From Clostridia bacterium (lineage in GTDB: Bacteria > Bacillota > Clostridia > Oscillospirales > CAG-272): a stretch of DNA of 64,000 nucleotides. The translations under genes were made by a program, and so were the position numbers. Location of the stretch: contig JAFSAM010000077.1 of assembly GCA_017441005.1 (NCBI GenBank), forward strand, positions 6,443 to 70,442, given 5' to 3'. Shown here piece by piece: positions 19,075-29,247 of the stretch (position 1 is its first letter; the number at the start of each line of letters is the position of its first letter). Below the pieces are notes generated by a model. It saw only the letters and a list, made by a program, of their open reading frames with translations, made no database searches and was not told the origin of the DNA.

Positions 19075-19938
19075 ATGAGTATAAAAGTAACAGACGTAAG
19101 ATGTCAAAAGGGCGATGCGGCATTTTTGCTTGACGATGGGAAGACTGCCGTTTTATACGATACGGGCTTTGGTTTTACCGGATATAACGTCGCCGATAAT
19201 ATAAAAAAGGTATTGGGAGATAGACCGCTTGACTATATTTTTCTGACACATTCGCATTATGACCACGCACTCGGAAGTGCTTATATTTTGAGGAAATATC
19301 CTACGGCAAAGGTGGTTGCGGGCAGTTATGCGGCAGGCATTTTCAAGCGCGACGGCGCAAAAAGAGTAATGAAGGAGCTCGATAAGAAATTTGCCGAAAA
19401 ATGCGGAGTATTCGACTATGAGTTCCTCGGAGACGAGCTGAAGGTCGATATTGCCGTCGAGGACGGCGACGTTGTCAAGGCGGGAGATATGGAGTTCAGA
19501 GTGCTCAGTCTGCCCGGGCATACCCGTTGCTCCGTAGGCTATTATTGCGAAAAAGAGGGGCTGTTTCTTGCCTGCGAAACGCTGGGCGTATACGACGGAA
19601 GCAAGATCGTTCCTTCGTTTCTTGTCGGTTACAAAATGTCGATCGAGTCGATCGAACGGGTGGAAAAGCTCGATATATCGTCTGTTGTTATGCCGCACTA
19701 CGGTCTGCTTGACGGCGAAGAGACAAAATTCTTTCTTCGGAATATGAAGGCTTTTTCAGAGCAAATGGCAGATTTTATTCTTGGCGGCATAAAATCGGGA
19801 TACAGCGACGAAAAACTGATCGAACTTTTTAAAGAAAAATATTGGAACGGACATACGAAGGAGGTCTATCCCGAGGATGCTCTCAAGCTTAATACTTCAA
19901 TAATGATCAATTTGATAAAAAAAGAGCTTTTGCAATAG
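19075..19938 (+). CDS. MBL-fold metallo-hydrolase
   Basis: 'LTHSHYDH' metal-binding motif. 287 aa. Confidence 0.85.
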   Translation: MSIKVTDVRCQKGDAAFLLDDGKTAVLYDTGFGFTGYNVADNIKKVLGDRPLDYIFLTHSHYDHALGSAYILRKYPTAKVVAGSYAAGIFKRDGAKRVMKELDKKFAEKCGVFDYEFLGDELKVDIAVEDGDVVKAGDMEFRVLSLPGHTRCSVGYYCEKEGLFLACETLGVYDGSKIVPSFLVGYKMSIESIERVEKLDISSVVMPHYGLLDGEETKFFLRNMKAFSEQMADFILGGIKSGYSDEKLIELFKEKYWNGHTKEVYPEDALKLNTSIMINLIKKELLQ

Positions 19939-19943
19939 AAAAA

Positions 19944-19971
19944 ATGACACGTCAAAAACGTGTCATTTTTT
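19944..19971. terminator. bidirectional intrinsic terminator
   Basis: Stem ATGACACG/CGTGTCAT flanked by A5 and T6. Confidence 0.75.
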
Positions 19972-19997
19972 ATGCATAAGAAATTATCGGATAAAGC

Positions 19998-20801
19998 TTA
20001 TTTAACTATACAGGCTTGTCTGTAGTTAATGGAAAAAGATAATTCCACGTCCGATTTTCTGTACTCGGTTATTCCTTTCAAGGGGTCGCAAAAAATATAC
20101 GTTTTGCTTGTGTAACCGATAAGCACCATGCAGTGAGAAAAAGAATGCCATTCGACCTTTTTGCCTTTTACGGTGGCTTTCCAGCATACGCTCGGATCTC
20201 CGTTCATTTCGATCAGTCCCCATAGGATAACGGGTGTGCCTTGATCTATCATTTTTTCATAATATTCCATTGATTCTCCGCTGACGTCGACAACCTTTTT
20301 CGGAGAACCGAGTGAAGCAAAAAATGCATTGCCTGTTGCAACGATACAGGGGGCATAGCATCCGTAGCCCACTCCCTTTGCATCTCCGACATAGGTCGTC
20401 CACGGGTCGCCGTTTTTGTATGGCGACTTCGGCATATAATTGTCATACAGTATTACCGGATCGATGTTATATCCGGCATAGTTTAAGGCTATCGCAAGTG
20501 ACACGACCTCGCAGCCGTTTGGAAGAAGTGGTTTTTGCATAATGTTTGTTACCTTTAAGCGGGCATATTCGTTTTTCGGGCTTGTCGGTGCTTTCGTTTC
20601 GTTAGGCTTTTTTGTCTGTTTCGTCGTTTCTTCCCGTGTGAATTTAGGCTCCTCCGTTTCGTTTGGCGGAGTGGAAATGGTATCAATTTCCGAATCGTTA
20701 AACGCAGGGTAAGAAGGCTGATCGTAATTATCCATACAGGCTGTCGCCATATAACATACCAAAAGAAAGATCAATACGAGTAACTGTGTGTATTTTTTCA
20801 T
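19998..20801 (-). CDS. secreted C39-like (papain-fold) peptidase domain lipoprotein
   Basis: Signal and lipobox 'LVCYMATAC', a low-complexity linker, 'NGCEVVSLAIALNYAGY' (candidate nucleophile Cys) and 'HCMVLIGY' (candidate His). Confidence 0.65.
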   Translation of the reverse strand: MKKYTQLLVLIFLLVCYMATACMDNYDQPSYPAFNDSEIDTISTPPNETEEPKFTREETTKQTKKPNETKAPTSPKNEYARLKVTNIMQKPLLPNGCEVVSLAIALNYAGYNIDPVILYDNYMPKSPYKNGDPWTTYVGDAKGVGYGCYAPCIVATGNAFFASLGSPKKVVDVSGESMEYYEKMIDQGTPVILWGLIEMNGDPSVCWKATVKGKKVEWHSFSHCMVLIGYTSKTYIFCDPLKGITEYRKSDVELSFSINYRQACIVK

Positions 20802-20890
20802 AAAAAAATCCCTCCTCTGCTAAAAAGGGTAACACAGGGGAGGGAAAAAAGTATTCATAAAAATGTAAGTGAAATGTAAGAATGTTGCTT

Positions 20891-21763
20891 TTATTTATAA
20901 AATGTCATACCCGAAAAACGGCACGTTTCCATATCCCAGCAGAGCATCATCGTTCCCAGAGCAGAGGAGTTGAAATCAAGAATGATCTTGCCGTCCGAAT
21001 AGAAGGCGGTGGGTATTTGATTGTTTATGATGGCTATTATATCAAAAACGTCGCGTCTGTCGGCGGAATAAAACTGCCAGCGGCAGTAGGAGTAAAAAAA
21101 GTCGGCTATCGGGTCGACATACAGAATACTGTCGCTTATGTATGCTCCGCCCGACAGAGGGGTCTCCTCTCTTTCGTAGAACACTCCCGAGAGCAAGATC
21201 TGTAAATAATTTGACAGATCTGTATTGCTTCCGTTCAGGCGGTGGTATTCGGCTGAATCGCATATAGTTTTGAAGCATTCGTTTACTGTGGCAGTTTTGT
21301 ATGTGTTTCTTGTCAATGGCTCGATGATGAAGGATATCAGGTTTCCGTCACTGTCGCAGGCAAAGTTCATTATGAGCTCGTTGTAGCTTGTTCCGCATGA
21401 CAATATAACGTTTTTTACAAGATGGATATCCCTTGTTGTGTAATATTCGGCTTTGGAAAAGTCATATTGATTGGAGTCGGTAAACGATTCCGAAAGCCGT
21501 CTGATCTTTATGGTTATCCAAGCCGGCACCTCTTCCTCAAGAGGGGCTTGATCTTTGATCAACGTCCAGGGGTAAGCATCGCTGATCATTTTTCTCTTTT
21601 GTGTTTCATCATGGCTTTTTTGAACGTCTACCGTCACGGTCTTGTTCTTCTCTTTTTCAAAAAGCGTTCTTGAATTTTTTATCAAGATAAAGCCGGAGAT
21701 TATTATTGCCAAAGCGATTAATACTGCGACAACCGAATCAATAATTCTAATCTTTGTTTTCAA
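20891..21763 (-). CDS. membrane-anchored hypothetical protein co-oriented with the two-component system
   Basis: A single N-terminal TM segment (VVAVLIALAIIISGFILI). The gene overlaps the kinase gene end by 17 nt. No recognisable motif was found. Confidence 0.6.
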   Translation of the reverse strand: MKTKIRIIDSVVAVLIALAIIISGFILIKNSRTLFEKEKNKTVTVDVQKSHDETQKRKMISDAYPWTLIKDQAPLEEEVPAWITIKIRRLSESFTDSNQYDFSKAEYYTTRDIHLVKNVILSCGTSYNELIMNFACDSDGNLISFIIEPLTRNTYKTATVNECFKTICDSAEYHRLNGSNTDLSNYLQILLSGVFYEREETPLSGGAYISDSILYVDPIADFFYSYCRWQFYSADRRDVFDIIAIINNQIPTAFYSDGKIILDFNSSALGTMMLCWDMETCRFSGMTFYK

Positions 21764-23213
21764 TTAATCTTCGACCTCCTTCCGCATAAGGTACGGTTAT
21801 AAACATAGTTGTACCCGCGCCCGATCTGCTTTTTGCCGTAAGGCGTGCATAGTGTCTTTTTGCGATCTCAAGGCAGAGGGACAGTCCGAGTCCCGCGCCG
21901 CCCGCGGAGCGTGATCTTGATTTATCAGCCATATAAAAGGGCTCTGTAATTTTTTTGAGCACGTCTTTTGTCATTCCGATCCCGTTGTCCTGAACGGATA
22001 TCACGATACCGTTCTTTTCGCATCTTGATTTCAGCCTTACGGTTCCGCCCTCAAACGAGGCTTTTGCCGCATTGTCGACGAGATTGTAGATAAGCGATTT
22101 GAAAAGCTCTCTGTCGCAGAAGATCTCTCCGTCTTCGCCCTCGTATGTCAGCTTGAGCTTCATTTTTTCGAGGGATGGTTCCATGGTGTTTTTCACCTCT
22201 GACAGAATGTCGCTTACGGAGTATACATTATAATCAAGCTCTGCGCTGTCTGCCGTGGCAAGCTGGAGCAGCTTTGACGACATATTCTTCAGCCTCTTTG
22301 CCTCATCTACGATTATTCGCGAATATTCCAGACGCTCTTCGTCCTTTACGTCTTTTTTTATACGCAAAATATCGCCGTAGCACAGGATGGACGTTAACGG
22401 TGTTTTCATCTCGTGCGCAAGATTGTTAACGTACTGCTTTCTTCCCTCGGCAATGTCTTCAAACTTTTTCGCGTTTTCCTCTACGGCTTCTGCCATTATG
22501 TTGATCTTTTCCGATATTTCCCTGATCTCGGCACTGCCTTTCACTTTTACTCTTGCGCTGTAGTCGCCCTCCGCGATCTTGCTTACTGTATTTTTCAGCT
22601 TTGACAGCGGCGAGAGAAGGAATATAAGAAAACAAAGCAAGATTAGCGATATGAGTACGGCAAAAATTATACTCACATACCCCGCCGTTTTGAAAAGCGA
22701 GGTGTATTCGTTGAATATATTACTGATATCGTGAAGGGTGTATAAAGCGTAGCTGTTTTCTTCAGCCTGAAAGACCGATGCACTGACAATATACGTCAAT
22801 GAATCGTGTTCATATATGTGCGTGGTGAATTTGTCCTTTTCAAGCTCGTTGAAGGAGGGAAGCAGCTCTGTTTTTATGTTGTAGAACTCGCCACCGCAGC
22901 CCGTCATGTCACCGTTTTGGGAATATATAGCCAAAGCATAAATTGAGCCGTATTCGCTGTAATGCGAGCTTCTTTCGGCTATGATCTTATCGGTTTCGTC
23001 TTTTGACAGCAGAGCGATTCTGTCCAAAAGCTTTTTTTGTGATATTTCATTTTGGACCGAGGAAACAAAAAAGCTTCCCTCGTTAGCCGTGGTTTTTCTC
23101 ACGTTATCGATCGAAGACGAAAAGGTGATGTGCAGTACCGTTATCGTTGTTATCCCGACTGCGATCATAATAAACAGAAGGGATACAAGAAATATTTTCC
23201 ACTTCAGCTTCAT
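21747..23213 (-). CDS. sensor histidine kinase
   Basis: Two TM segments, an H-box 'LAHEMKTPLTSI', and ATPase boxes 'DNAAKAS', 'DNGIGM' and 'GGAGLGLS'. Confidence 0.9.
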   Translation of the reverse strand: MKLKWKIFLVSLLFIMIAVGITTITVLHITFSSSIDNVRKTTANEGSFFVSSVQNEISQKKLLDRIALLSKDETDKIIAERSSHYSEYGSIYALAIYSQNGDMTGCGGEFYNIKTELLPSFNELEKDKFTTHIYEHDSLTYIVSASVFQAEENSYALYTLHDISNIFNEYTSLFKTAGYVSIIFAVLISLILLCFLIFLLSPLSKLKNTVSKIAEGDYSARVKVKGSAEIREISEKINIMAEAVEENAKKFEDIAEGRKQYVNNLAHEMKTPLTSILCYGDILRIKKDVKDEERLEYSRIIVDEAKRLKNMSSKLLQLATADSAELDYNVYSVSDILSEVKNTMEPSLEKMKLKLTYEGEDGEIFCDRELFKSLIYNLVDNAAKASFEGGTVRLKSRCEKNGIVISVQDNGIGMTKDVLKKITEPFYMADKSRSRSAGGAGLGLSLCLEIAKRHYARLTAKSRSGAGTTMFITVPYAEGGRRLIENKD

Positions 23214-23214
23214 A

Positions 23215-23877
23215 CTATTCTTCCCAACCGTCGAGACGGTAACCGAGCTTCGGTATCGTCACGAGCTTTGTGTGCAGAGCTAATTTTTTTCGGATCTGCT
23301 GAATGTGTATATCAAGTGTGCGGCTTTGCCCTTCAAAGTTTATTCCCCATACAGACGACAGCAGTCTGTCTCTCGGAATGGCGATGTTGATGTTTTTTAG
23401 AAAATACACAAAAAGCTCAAATTCTCTTGGGGTGAGAGGTATCTCTTTGCCGTTCTTTTTTATGCTGTGACGCGTGATGTCTGCAATAATATCTCCGTAG
23501 TGCAGTATGGGCGACAGCTTGTTTGCTCTCCTCAGAACGACCTCTATTCTTGCAAGTAATTCCAAAGCTTCAAAGGGCTTTACTATATAATCCTCGGCGC
23601 CCAGCTTCAGCCCGTTTACCTTGTCGAGAACGTCCTGAAGCGCGGTAAGGAAAATTATCGGAATATTGCAGCCGTTTATCTTTTTGATCACATCAAAACC
23701 GTTTAGTCCGGGCAGCATAACGTCTAAAAGCACAAGATCCCAATTTCCGTCCTTTATGACCCCGACTGCCGAAAGACCGTTATCGCATATCTCGCTGTTG
23801 TATCCCGCCATCGAAAGGGTAGCTTTTATCGTTTTTGCAATGTTGATATCGTCTTCTACGATGAGTATGTTTGTCAT
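23215..23877 (-). CDS. OmpR-family response regulator
   Basis: Receiver motif 'LVLLDVMLPGLNG' and a C-terminal winged helix 'LTPREFELFVYF...GYRL'. Confidence 0.9.
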   Translation of the reverse strand: MTNILIVEDDINIAKTIKATLSMAGYNSEICDNGLSAVGVIKDGNWDLVLLDVMLPGLNGFDVIKKINGCNIPIIFLTALQDVLDKVNGLKLGAEDYIVKPFEALELLARIEVVLRRANKLSPILHYGDIIADITRHSIKKNGKEIPLTPREFELFVYFLKNINIAIPRDRLLSSVWGINFEGQSRTLDIHIQQIRKKLALHTKLVTIPKLGYRLDGWEE

Positions 23878-24023
23878 AGTTTTTCTCCCGAAATATAGGG
23901 TGCATCCCGTTATGATGATATTGTAGCATAAACGGTATGATAAATCACCGCTTATGTAATAAAGGTATTATGACCGAAATGTAAAATATAGGTTTCAAAC
24001 ATAAAAAAGGGAACAAATAAAAA

Positions 24024-24412
24024 GGTCTGTACAAACCATTATGATTTGCACAGACCCGTAGATTTAAGTTTTCTTTGCCTGTTTTTTCAAAAAATAAAGC
24101 GCACAAATATAGAGGTCTGCACAGACTTTTGTAGTTTGTACAGACCAATAGATTCAAGTTTTCTTTGCCTGTTTTTTCAAAAAATAAAGCGCACAAATAT
24201 AGAGGTCTGCACAGACTTTTATAGTCTGCACAGACCAAAAGATTCAAGTTTTCTTTGCCTACTTATTCAAAAATAAGGCGCACAAATATAGAGGTCTGTA
24301 CAGACTTTTATAGTCTGCACAGACCCATAGATTCAAGTTTTCTTTGCCTACTTTCTTTCCGAAAAAGAAAGTAGGCGAAAAAGAAAGTAGGCGAAAAAGA
24401 AAGTAGGGAAAG
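24024..24412 (+). repeat. tandem array: four ~90-bp units (starts 24024, 24114, 24204, 24293) plus three 16-bp units (24361-24408)
   Basis: Each 90-bp unit carries a ~33-nt hairpin, for example GGTCTGCACAGAC-TTTTATA-GTCTGCACAGACC, followed by the conserved 'agattcaagttttctttgcct...aaaaataaagcgcacaaatatagag'. The array ends in the hairpin CCTACTTTCTTT-CCGAAA-AAGAAAGTAGG and GAAAAAGAAAGTAGGC x3. Confidence 0.9.
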
Positions 24413-24416
24413 TAGG

Positions 24417-25706
24417 TCAGAAGCCGAATTTTGAATAGTAGGTGTCCATATCGACAACTACGCTTTCTTTTCTCGATTCTTCTGCGGCGAAGGCGAGGAA
24501 GTGGTTGCGGACGGAAACGTCGATGTCGGCGGCACGATAGCCGTTATAGCTGCCGCTCAAATACTGGTGCAATTCCTCGACCAGACCCTGGTCGCCGCCA
24601 CCGTGACCGCCGTTTATGGATTCGTCGGTTCTGACTACGGGAACCGAATAGGTTTTACCGCTTTCGAAATTGAACACGTGAATTTCGGTAGCTGCGGCGT
24701 GAGCATAGAGCTCGCCCTTTGTTCCGTAGATTCGAATGTATCTGCCGCCTCGGTTGAAGGCGTTTACGTTCAGGGTTGCGGTAACTCCGCCCTCAAATTC
24801 CATATTGACGACCTGATGGTCGGCAACGTCGTTGTTTGCGTGGTATACACAGAGGCCGTAATCGGTATTGCGGAGTGCATTCATAACGTCCTCGTCGGTG
24901 GGATTCTGATATGCATCGGTGAAGCCGCGTGTGATGATACGGCGGCGGGGATTTTCTTTAAAGTCTACGTAGTGCTTAATGCAGTTGTAGGGACAGGTAT
25001 TACCGACGGGGCAGTTGCCGTCACAGCAACGAACGGGTGCGCCCTCGGGTGCATTTTTTTCTGTGAAGTGAGTCAAAGAGCCGAACGACGTGATCTTTTT
25101 GCAGGGCTTATCGACGATCCATTGGATCATATCGAGGTCATGGCTCGATTTTGCCAAAAGCATGGGAGCCGATTCAGCCTCGCTGTGCCAGTTTCCGCGA
25201 ACGTAGCTGTGGCTGAAGTGCACGTTACCGATTCCCTCGACCTGATCGACGGAAACGACATCTCCGATCGCACCGCTCATTACGATCTCCTTGACGTGCC
25301 AGAAGAAGGGGGCATAGCGGAGCACGTGGCCGACAAGCACCTTTGTGCCCTTTTTACGGGCAGCGGCGGCAATGTCCGCACACTCCTTGGCTGTCGGAGC
25401 GACAGGCTTTTCAAGAAGTAGGTCATAGCCTCTTTCGATAGCTAACAAAGCGGGCTCGTAGTGCATATTGTCAACGGTGGATATTACGGCAAGATCAGCC
25501 ATTTTAGGCTCTGCCAATATTTCCTTCCAACCGGGATAGCATCTCTCCTTAGGAATGGAAAATTTTGTTTCAAAGTGCTTTCTTCTCGCTTCTTCGGGGT
25601 CAGCCATACCTACGATCTCGTAGTTTTCGGGGTATTCTGCCATAAGATTTGAGTATCTGTTTCCGCGGTTTCCCGCGCCGATTATGATCACGCTGATTTT
25701 TTTCAT
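24417..25706 (-). CDS. Gfo/Idh/MocA family oxidoreductase
   Basis: 'VIIIGAGNRG' Rossmann motif and 'LLLEKPVA' EKP motif, plus a Cys-rich insert 'RCCDGNCPVGNTCPYNC'. Confidence 0.85.
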   Translation of the reverse strand: MKKISVIIIGAGNRGNRYSNLMAEYPENYEIVGMADPEEARRKHFETKFSIPKERCYPGWKEILAEPKMADLAVISTVDNMHYEPALLAIERGYDLLLEKPVAPTAKECADIAAAARKKGTKVLVGHVLRYAPFFWHVKEIVMSGAIGDVVSVDQVEGIGNVHFSHSYVRGNWHSEAESAPMLLAKSSHDLDMIQWIVDKPCKKITSFGSLTHFTEKNAPEGAPVRCCDGNCPVGNTCPYNCIKHYVDFKENPRRRIITRGFTDAYQNPTDEDVMNALRNTDYGLCVYHANNDVADHQVVNMEFEGGVTATLNVNAFNRGGRYIRIYGTKGELYAHAAATEIHVFNFESGKTYSVPVVRTDESINGGHGGGDQGLVEELHQYLSGSYNGYRAADIDVSVRNHFLAFAAEESRKESVVVDMDTYYSKFGF

Positions 25707-25833
25707 TGAAAAAACCTTCTTTCTTGCTATTACAATCTTGACATTTCTTTATTTTTATTTTATAGTATTTTTAAAGAAAATCAAGAGTTTATATTGACGA
25801 ACAATAACACAATATTGCTGTTTTGGGGGCATT

Positions 25834-26625
25834 ATGATTTCTTCACGCTACGAAACGCACAACATCAAAAATTCTGTTTTACCGTTTATTTTTCATCCGT
25901 CGTTTAAAATGAGTCGGCGAGTGAAGATACCGAACTGGCATAAAAACATTGAATTCCTCCAGTGTATCGACGGAGAGGGCTTTGTTCGTTGCGGCACAAC
26001 GGTAGTCCCACTGAAACCGAATTCCGTTGTGACCGTTAATTCGGACGTTTTGCATTCGATCGGGACGGATTCGTTTCTTGAATACCGATGCCTGATCCTT
26101 GACAACGGTTTTTTGGTGTCAAACGGTATTCCTGCCGACGGGCTGTTTTTCCGTTCTTTGTTGGATTCGCCGAAGCTTGTAGATCAATTTAACCGAGTAT
26201 GTCAGGCGTTTCTTGAGCTTGATGCCGAGGATTTCAGATCGGTTGCATATTTGCGGAGTGAGGTCATGCGCTTTTGTGTTGAGCTGTGCGAATTCAGCGA
26301 GCCGAAGCAACCGACGGAAATGGATAACGATTACGTCAAGGAAGCAATTTACTATATTAGAAGTCATTTGACGGAGCAGGTCTCGCTGGACAGACTTTCG
26401 GCTGTGGTCGGGGTAAGCAAGTTTCATCTTGCGCGCCAATTCAAAAAGTATACGGGTAATTCGATCATTCAAACAGTCAACCTTATGCGGTGTGCCGAGG
26501 CACAGCGCTTGCTGGAGCAGGGAATGAGCGTATCTAATGTCGCCGATGCCTGCGGCTTTGCCAATCATTCGTATTTTTCAAAGACGTTTTATTCAATAAT
26601 GGGCAAGCTCCCGTCTGATGTGTAA
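25834..26625 (+). CDS. AraC family transcriptional regulator
   Basis: N-terminal cupin-like region and a C-terminal double HTH ('VSKFHLARQFKKYTGNSI', 'GFANHSYFSKTF'). It is divergent from the oxidoreductase gene. Confidence 0.85.
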   Translation: MISSRYETHNIKNSVLPFIFHPSFKMSRRVKIPNWHKNIEFLQCIDGEGFVRCGTTVVPLKPNSVVTVNSDVLHSIGTDSFLEYRCLILDNGFLVSNGIPADGLFFRSLLDSPKLVDQFNRVCQAFLELDAEDFRSVAYLRSEVMRFCVELCEFSEPKQPTEMDNDYVKEAIYYIRSHLTEQVSLDRLSAVVGVSKFHLARQFKKYTGNSIIQTVNLMRCAEAQRLLEQGMSVSNVADACGFANHSYFSKTFYSIMGKLPSDV

Positions 26626-26688
26626 CCGAAAAAGCACATCATTTTCGGTTTTTAACTTGTAATTTGATACAAAAGGAGAAAAAACACC

Positions 26689-27426
26689 GTGAAACGCACA
26701 TATTCGGTTTTATTTATCGGAAACAGCTACACATATTATAACGATATGCCGACCGAGATTTTTAAAAGGATAGCGGAGTCGGGGAGGGTTACTGTAGACG
26801 TTACAGCCATTACAAAGGGAGCACACACGCTCTCAAGGTTTGCAGATCCGTATGACAGTTACGGAGCATCGGTCGAGCGGGAATTGACGGGGGATAAAAA
26901 ATACGATTACGTGATATTGCAGGAGCAGAGCTGTCGTCCCATTACCGAGAATGCAGGCGATTTTTACTCTGCGGTAAGAAATCTTGCCGAAAGAATAAGA
27001 CATACGGGGGCGGAGCCTATCTTGTATGCAACCTGGGGTAGGGAAAAAGACAGCCCGACGTTAGAGCAGTATGGCTGGACAAACGAAAGTATGACCTGGA
27101 AATTGGCGGCGGCATATCGTGCGATCGGCGGCGAATTGGATATCCCCGTCGCATACGTCGGACTTGCCTTTTATGACGTTTACAGCAACCGTAATGACAT
27201 AGAGCTTTACGCCGCCGATAGGACCCATCCGTCATACAGCGGAAGCTATCTTGCCGCGGTGTCTTTGTTTTCAAAGATATTCGGCGTAGACCCCACAGAT
27301 ATCAAATTTACGGGAGGTTTATCTGCCGACGATGCCGAAGTGCTTTGCCATGCGGCAAAGAATGCGATTTGTTCTGATCCCGCTATCCCGAAGGAGTACA
27401 TAACTTCGTCAATAGGGATAAAATGA
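26689..27426 (+). CDS. SGNH/GDSL-like hydrolase family protein
   Basis: 'VLFIGNSYTYYNDMP' block I-like motif. GTG start 6 nt after AAGGAGAAAA. Confidence 0.65.
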   Translation: MKRTYSVLFIGNSYTYYNDMPTEIFKRIAESGRVTVDVTAITKGAHTLSRFADPYDSYGASVERELTGDKKYDYVILQEQSCRPITENAGDFYSAVRNLAERIRHTGAEPILYATWGREKDSPTLEQYGWTNESMTWKLAAAYRAIGGELDIPVAYVGLAFYDVYSNRNDIELYAADRTHPSYSGSYLAAVSLFSKIFGVDPTDIKFTGGLSADDAEVLCHAAKNAICSDPAIPKEYITSSIGIK

Positions 27427-27450
27427 TTCTTTGTGATAATATAAAAAAGG

Positions 27451-27599
27451 ATCTCTCATCCCGTCTTTTTGCTGCGCAAAAATCCACCATTCTCGCTGCG
27501 GCGGAGGACTATCTCGCGTTCTGACAGTCCACCGGACTGTCATTCATTGCGCGTAGTAACGCTTCGCTACCCACAGGAAAGGGCTTGAAATAACATTGC
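27451..27599 (+). repeat. R-family dispersed repeat, long form, copy a
   Basis: 'atctctcatcccgtctttttgctgcgcaaaaatccaccattctcgc...ctgacagtccaccggactgtcattc...cccacaggaaagggcttgaaataacattg'. It is near-identical to 40644-40790 in the same orientation. Confidence 0.9.
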
Positions 27600-27945
27600 A
27601 TTAAAAAAATATGGAGGAGCTTGCTCCTCCATATTTTGATTTGTAGCTTTAGCGCCAAAAACCACCACTTGAAGTGGTGGAATAAAAAACCTTTAGATTC
27701 AATTGGTTGAATATATATGGGTAATAAAAATAGATGAAAATAAGGCTTTTGGTGCATTCAGTATATCACATATTAAATTAAAGTCAATGGTTTTTTGAGA
27801 TTTTTGCGGGGGAGGTTTTTTAACTTAAAAATGACGTTTATGCGTTTTTTAAAAAATAATTTTTTTAGAAAATAAATATTGAAATAAAAAATATTCTGTG
27901 ATATAGTATTTAAAGGACATAATCGTTTTTATAAGGAGAGGTTTT

Positions 27946-29214
27946 ATGAAAAGAATACTGTTCAGTTTACTTGTTCTTGTACTTGTTGTATCTTTTGCTT
28001 CTTGCGGGAATAATGACGGTGTCGGTGATGAAGTAAATGAGACTCATTACGAAACAGAAACAAACGATGAAACAAAAGTTTCCGAAGAGACGGAAGCAGA
28101 GACTGAGATAACTATTGGCGGAAAAAATATAAATGATTATTATAAAGTAGTTCAGTTTGATCTGCCCGAAGGTTCTTTCAGGGATGCTGTCGTTGCGCAT
28201 ATGAGAGAGCAGGCATCAATAGAATGGGTTTGCTCGGAAACTTTTGGAATAACCGAAGATTTTAACAGCTGGGGAATACACCTTCAATTTAAAAAAGGCG
28301 AGAAATACGTAGGAATTCCTTATGCCGATACAAAGGTAAGCGCAGAGCAGTTCAGACAGGCTTTGGTTGACGGAACGTATACTTGCCAATCCGATAAATG
28401 GAAGGACGTATACGGAGTTCAATGTGTTTCTTCGATATACAATTCTATTCAGCAAGTAGCCCCGAACGTTTACGGAACTACTTATAATATGACTCCGGGA
28501 ATAGTGTCGTTTGAATTCAGAGGCATTATATGCGGACAGTACGAGGTACCAAAGTCGCTGAGAAAAACTCAGGAGATCATTGATACAAATTCCGGTGACG
28601 TAATGTGCGAAGCTTATGCACAGCTCAAAAAGGGAGACGTTATCATAATGCAGGACCTTGACAGAGGTGCTGCGCACACCCGATTGGTTGTTGAGGATGC
28701 CGTTGTTTTGAGAAATGCGGCGGGTAAAATCAACAAGGGAAGAAGCTATGTTCAGACAATAGAGCAGACGAACTCTTTCGATGCACAGCGTACGGACGGT
28801 GTAAAAACCACATGGTATGTGGATCATAAATATTCTTTTGATAAACTTATTCAAACCAATTACGTGCCGATAACTTTTGAAATATACAATAAAGACAGAT
28901 CAGAGTGTGAGGCTCCTTATTTGCTTCTTGACAAAGAGATCACCCCAAAGCAGATAGAAAAGGGAGCAATAGGAAGCAATGTTGAATCTAATTTCCCCAT
29001 AAGATACGTTTATCTTGACTTGTATAGCAAGGACGGAAAGCTTGTAAAAAGGGAAATGAAGTTTGATATGGCGGATGAGTTTAAGGTAATTCTCCGCAAA
29101 CCTTCGATAGCTCTTGCTTCAAATCTCGAAAAAGGCGAATATACGTTCGTTTTGACCGCGGGCATTGCAAGAGGAAGTGCAGAGCTTGCAAGAGTAGATT
29201 TTACGGTAGAGTAA
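27946..29214 (+). CDS. P-family lipoprotein, paralog 1 (uncharacterised; conserved Cys/His pair)
   Basis: Lipobox 'VVSFASCG' and an E/T-rich linker. Conserved blocks 'SIEWVCSETF', 'KGEKYVGIPY', 'GVQCVSSIYNSIQQ', 'AAHTRLVVE', 'SYVQTIEQTNSFD' and 'TTWYVDHKYSF'. Confidence 0.8.
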   Translation: MKRILFSLLVLVLVVSFASCGNNDGVGDEVNETHYETETNDETKVSEETEAETEITIGGKNINDYYKVVQFDLPEGSFRDAVVAHMREQASIEWVCSETFGITEDFNSWGIHLQFKKGEKYVGIPYADTKVSAEQFRQALVDGTYTCQSDKWKDVYGVQCVSSIYNSIQQVAPNVYGTTYNMTPGIVSFEFRGIICGQYEVPKSLRKTQEIIDTNSGDVMCEAYAQLKKGDVIIMQDLDRGAAHTRLVVEDAVVLRNAAGKINKGRSYVQTIEQTNSFDAQRTDGVKTTWYVDHKYSFDKLIQTNYVPITFEIYNKDRSECEAPYLLLDKEITPKQIEKGAIGSNVESNFPIRYVYLDLYSKDGKLVKREMKFDMADEFKVILRKPSIALASNLEKGEYTFVLTAGIARGSAELARVDFTVE

Positions 29215-29247
29215 AAAGTGAATTCAAGAAAATAATCGAAAAACAAT

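Noticed and set aside
23945-24276. ORFs 23945-24247 (-) and 24046-24276 (+), with repetitive protein sequence
   Set aside because: They are translations of the 90-bp tandem DNA repeat. They have no RBS and the repeat periodicity is not codon-based selection.
24024-24412. Possible CRISPR array
   Set aside because: The whole 90-bp unit is repeated, including the would-be spacers, so there are no unique spacers. Only four units are present and there are no cas genes in the window.
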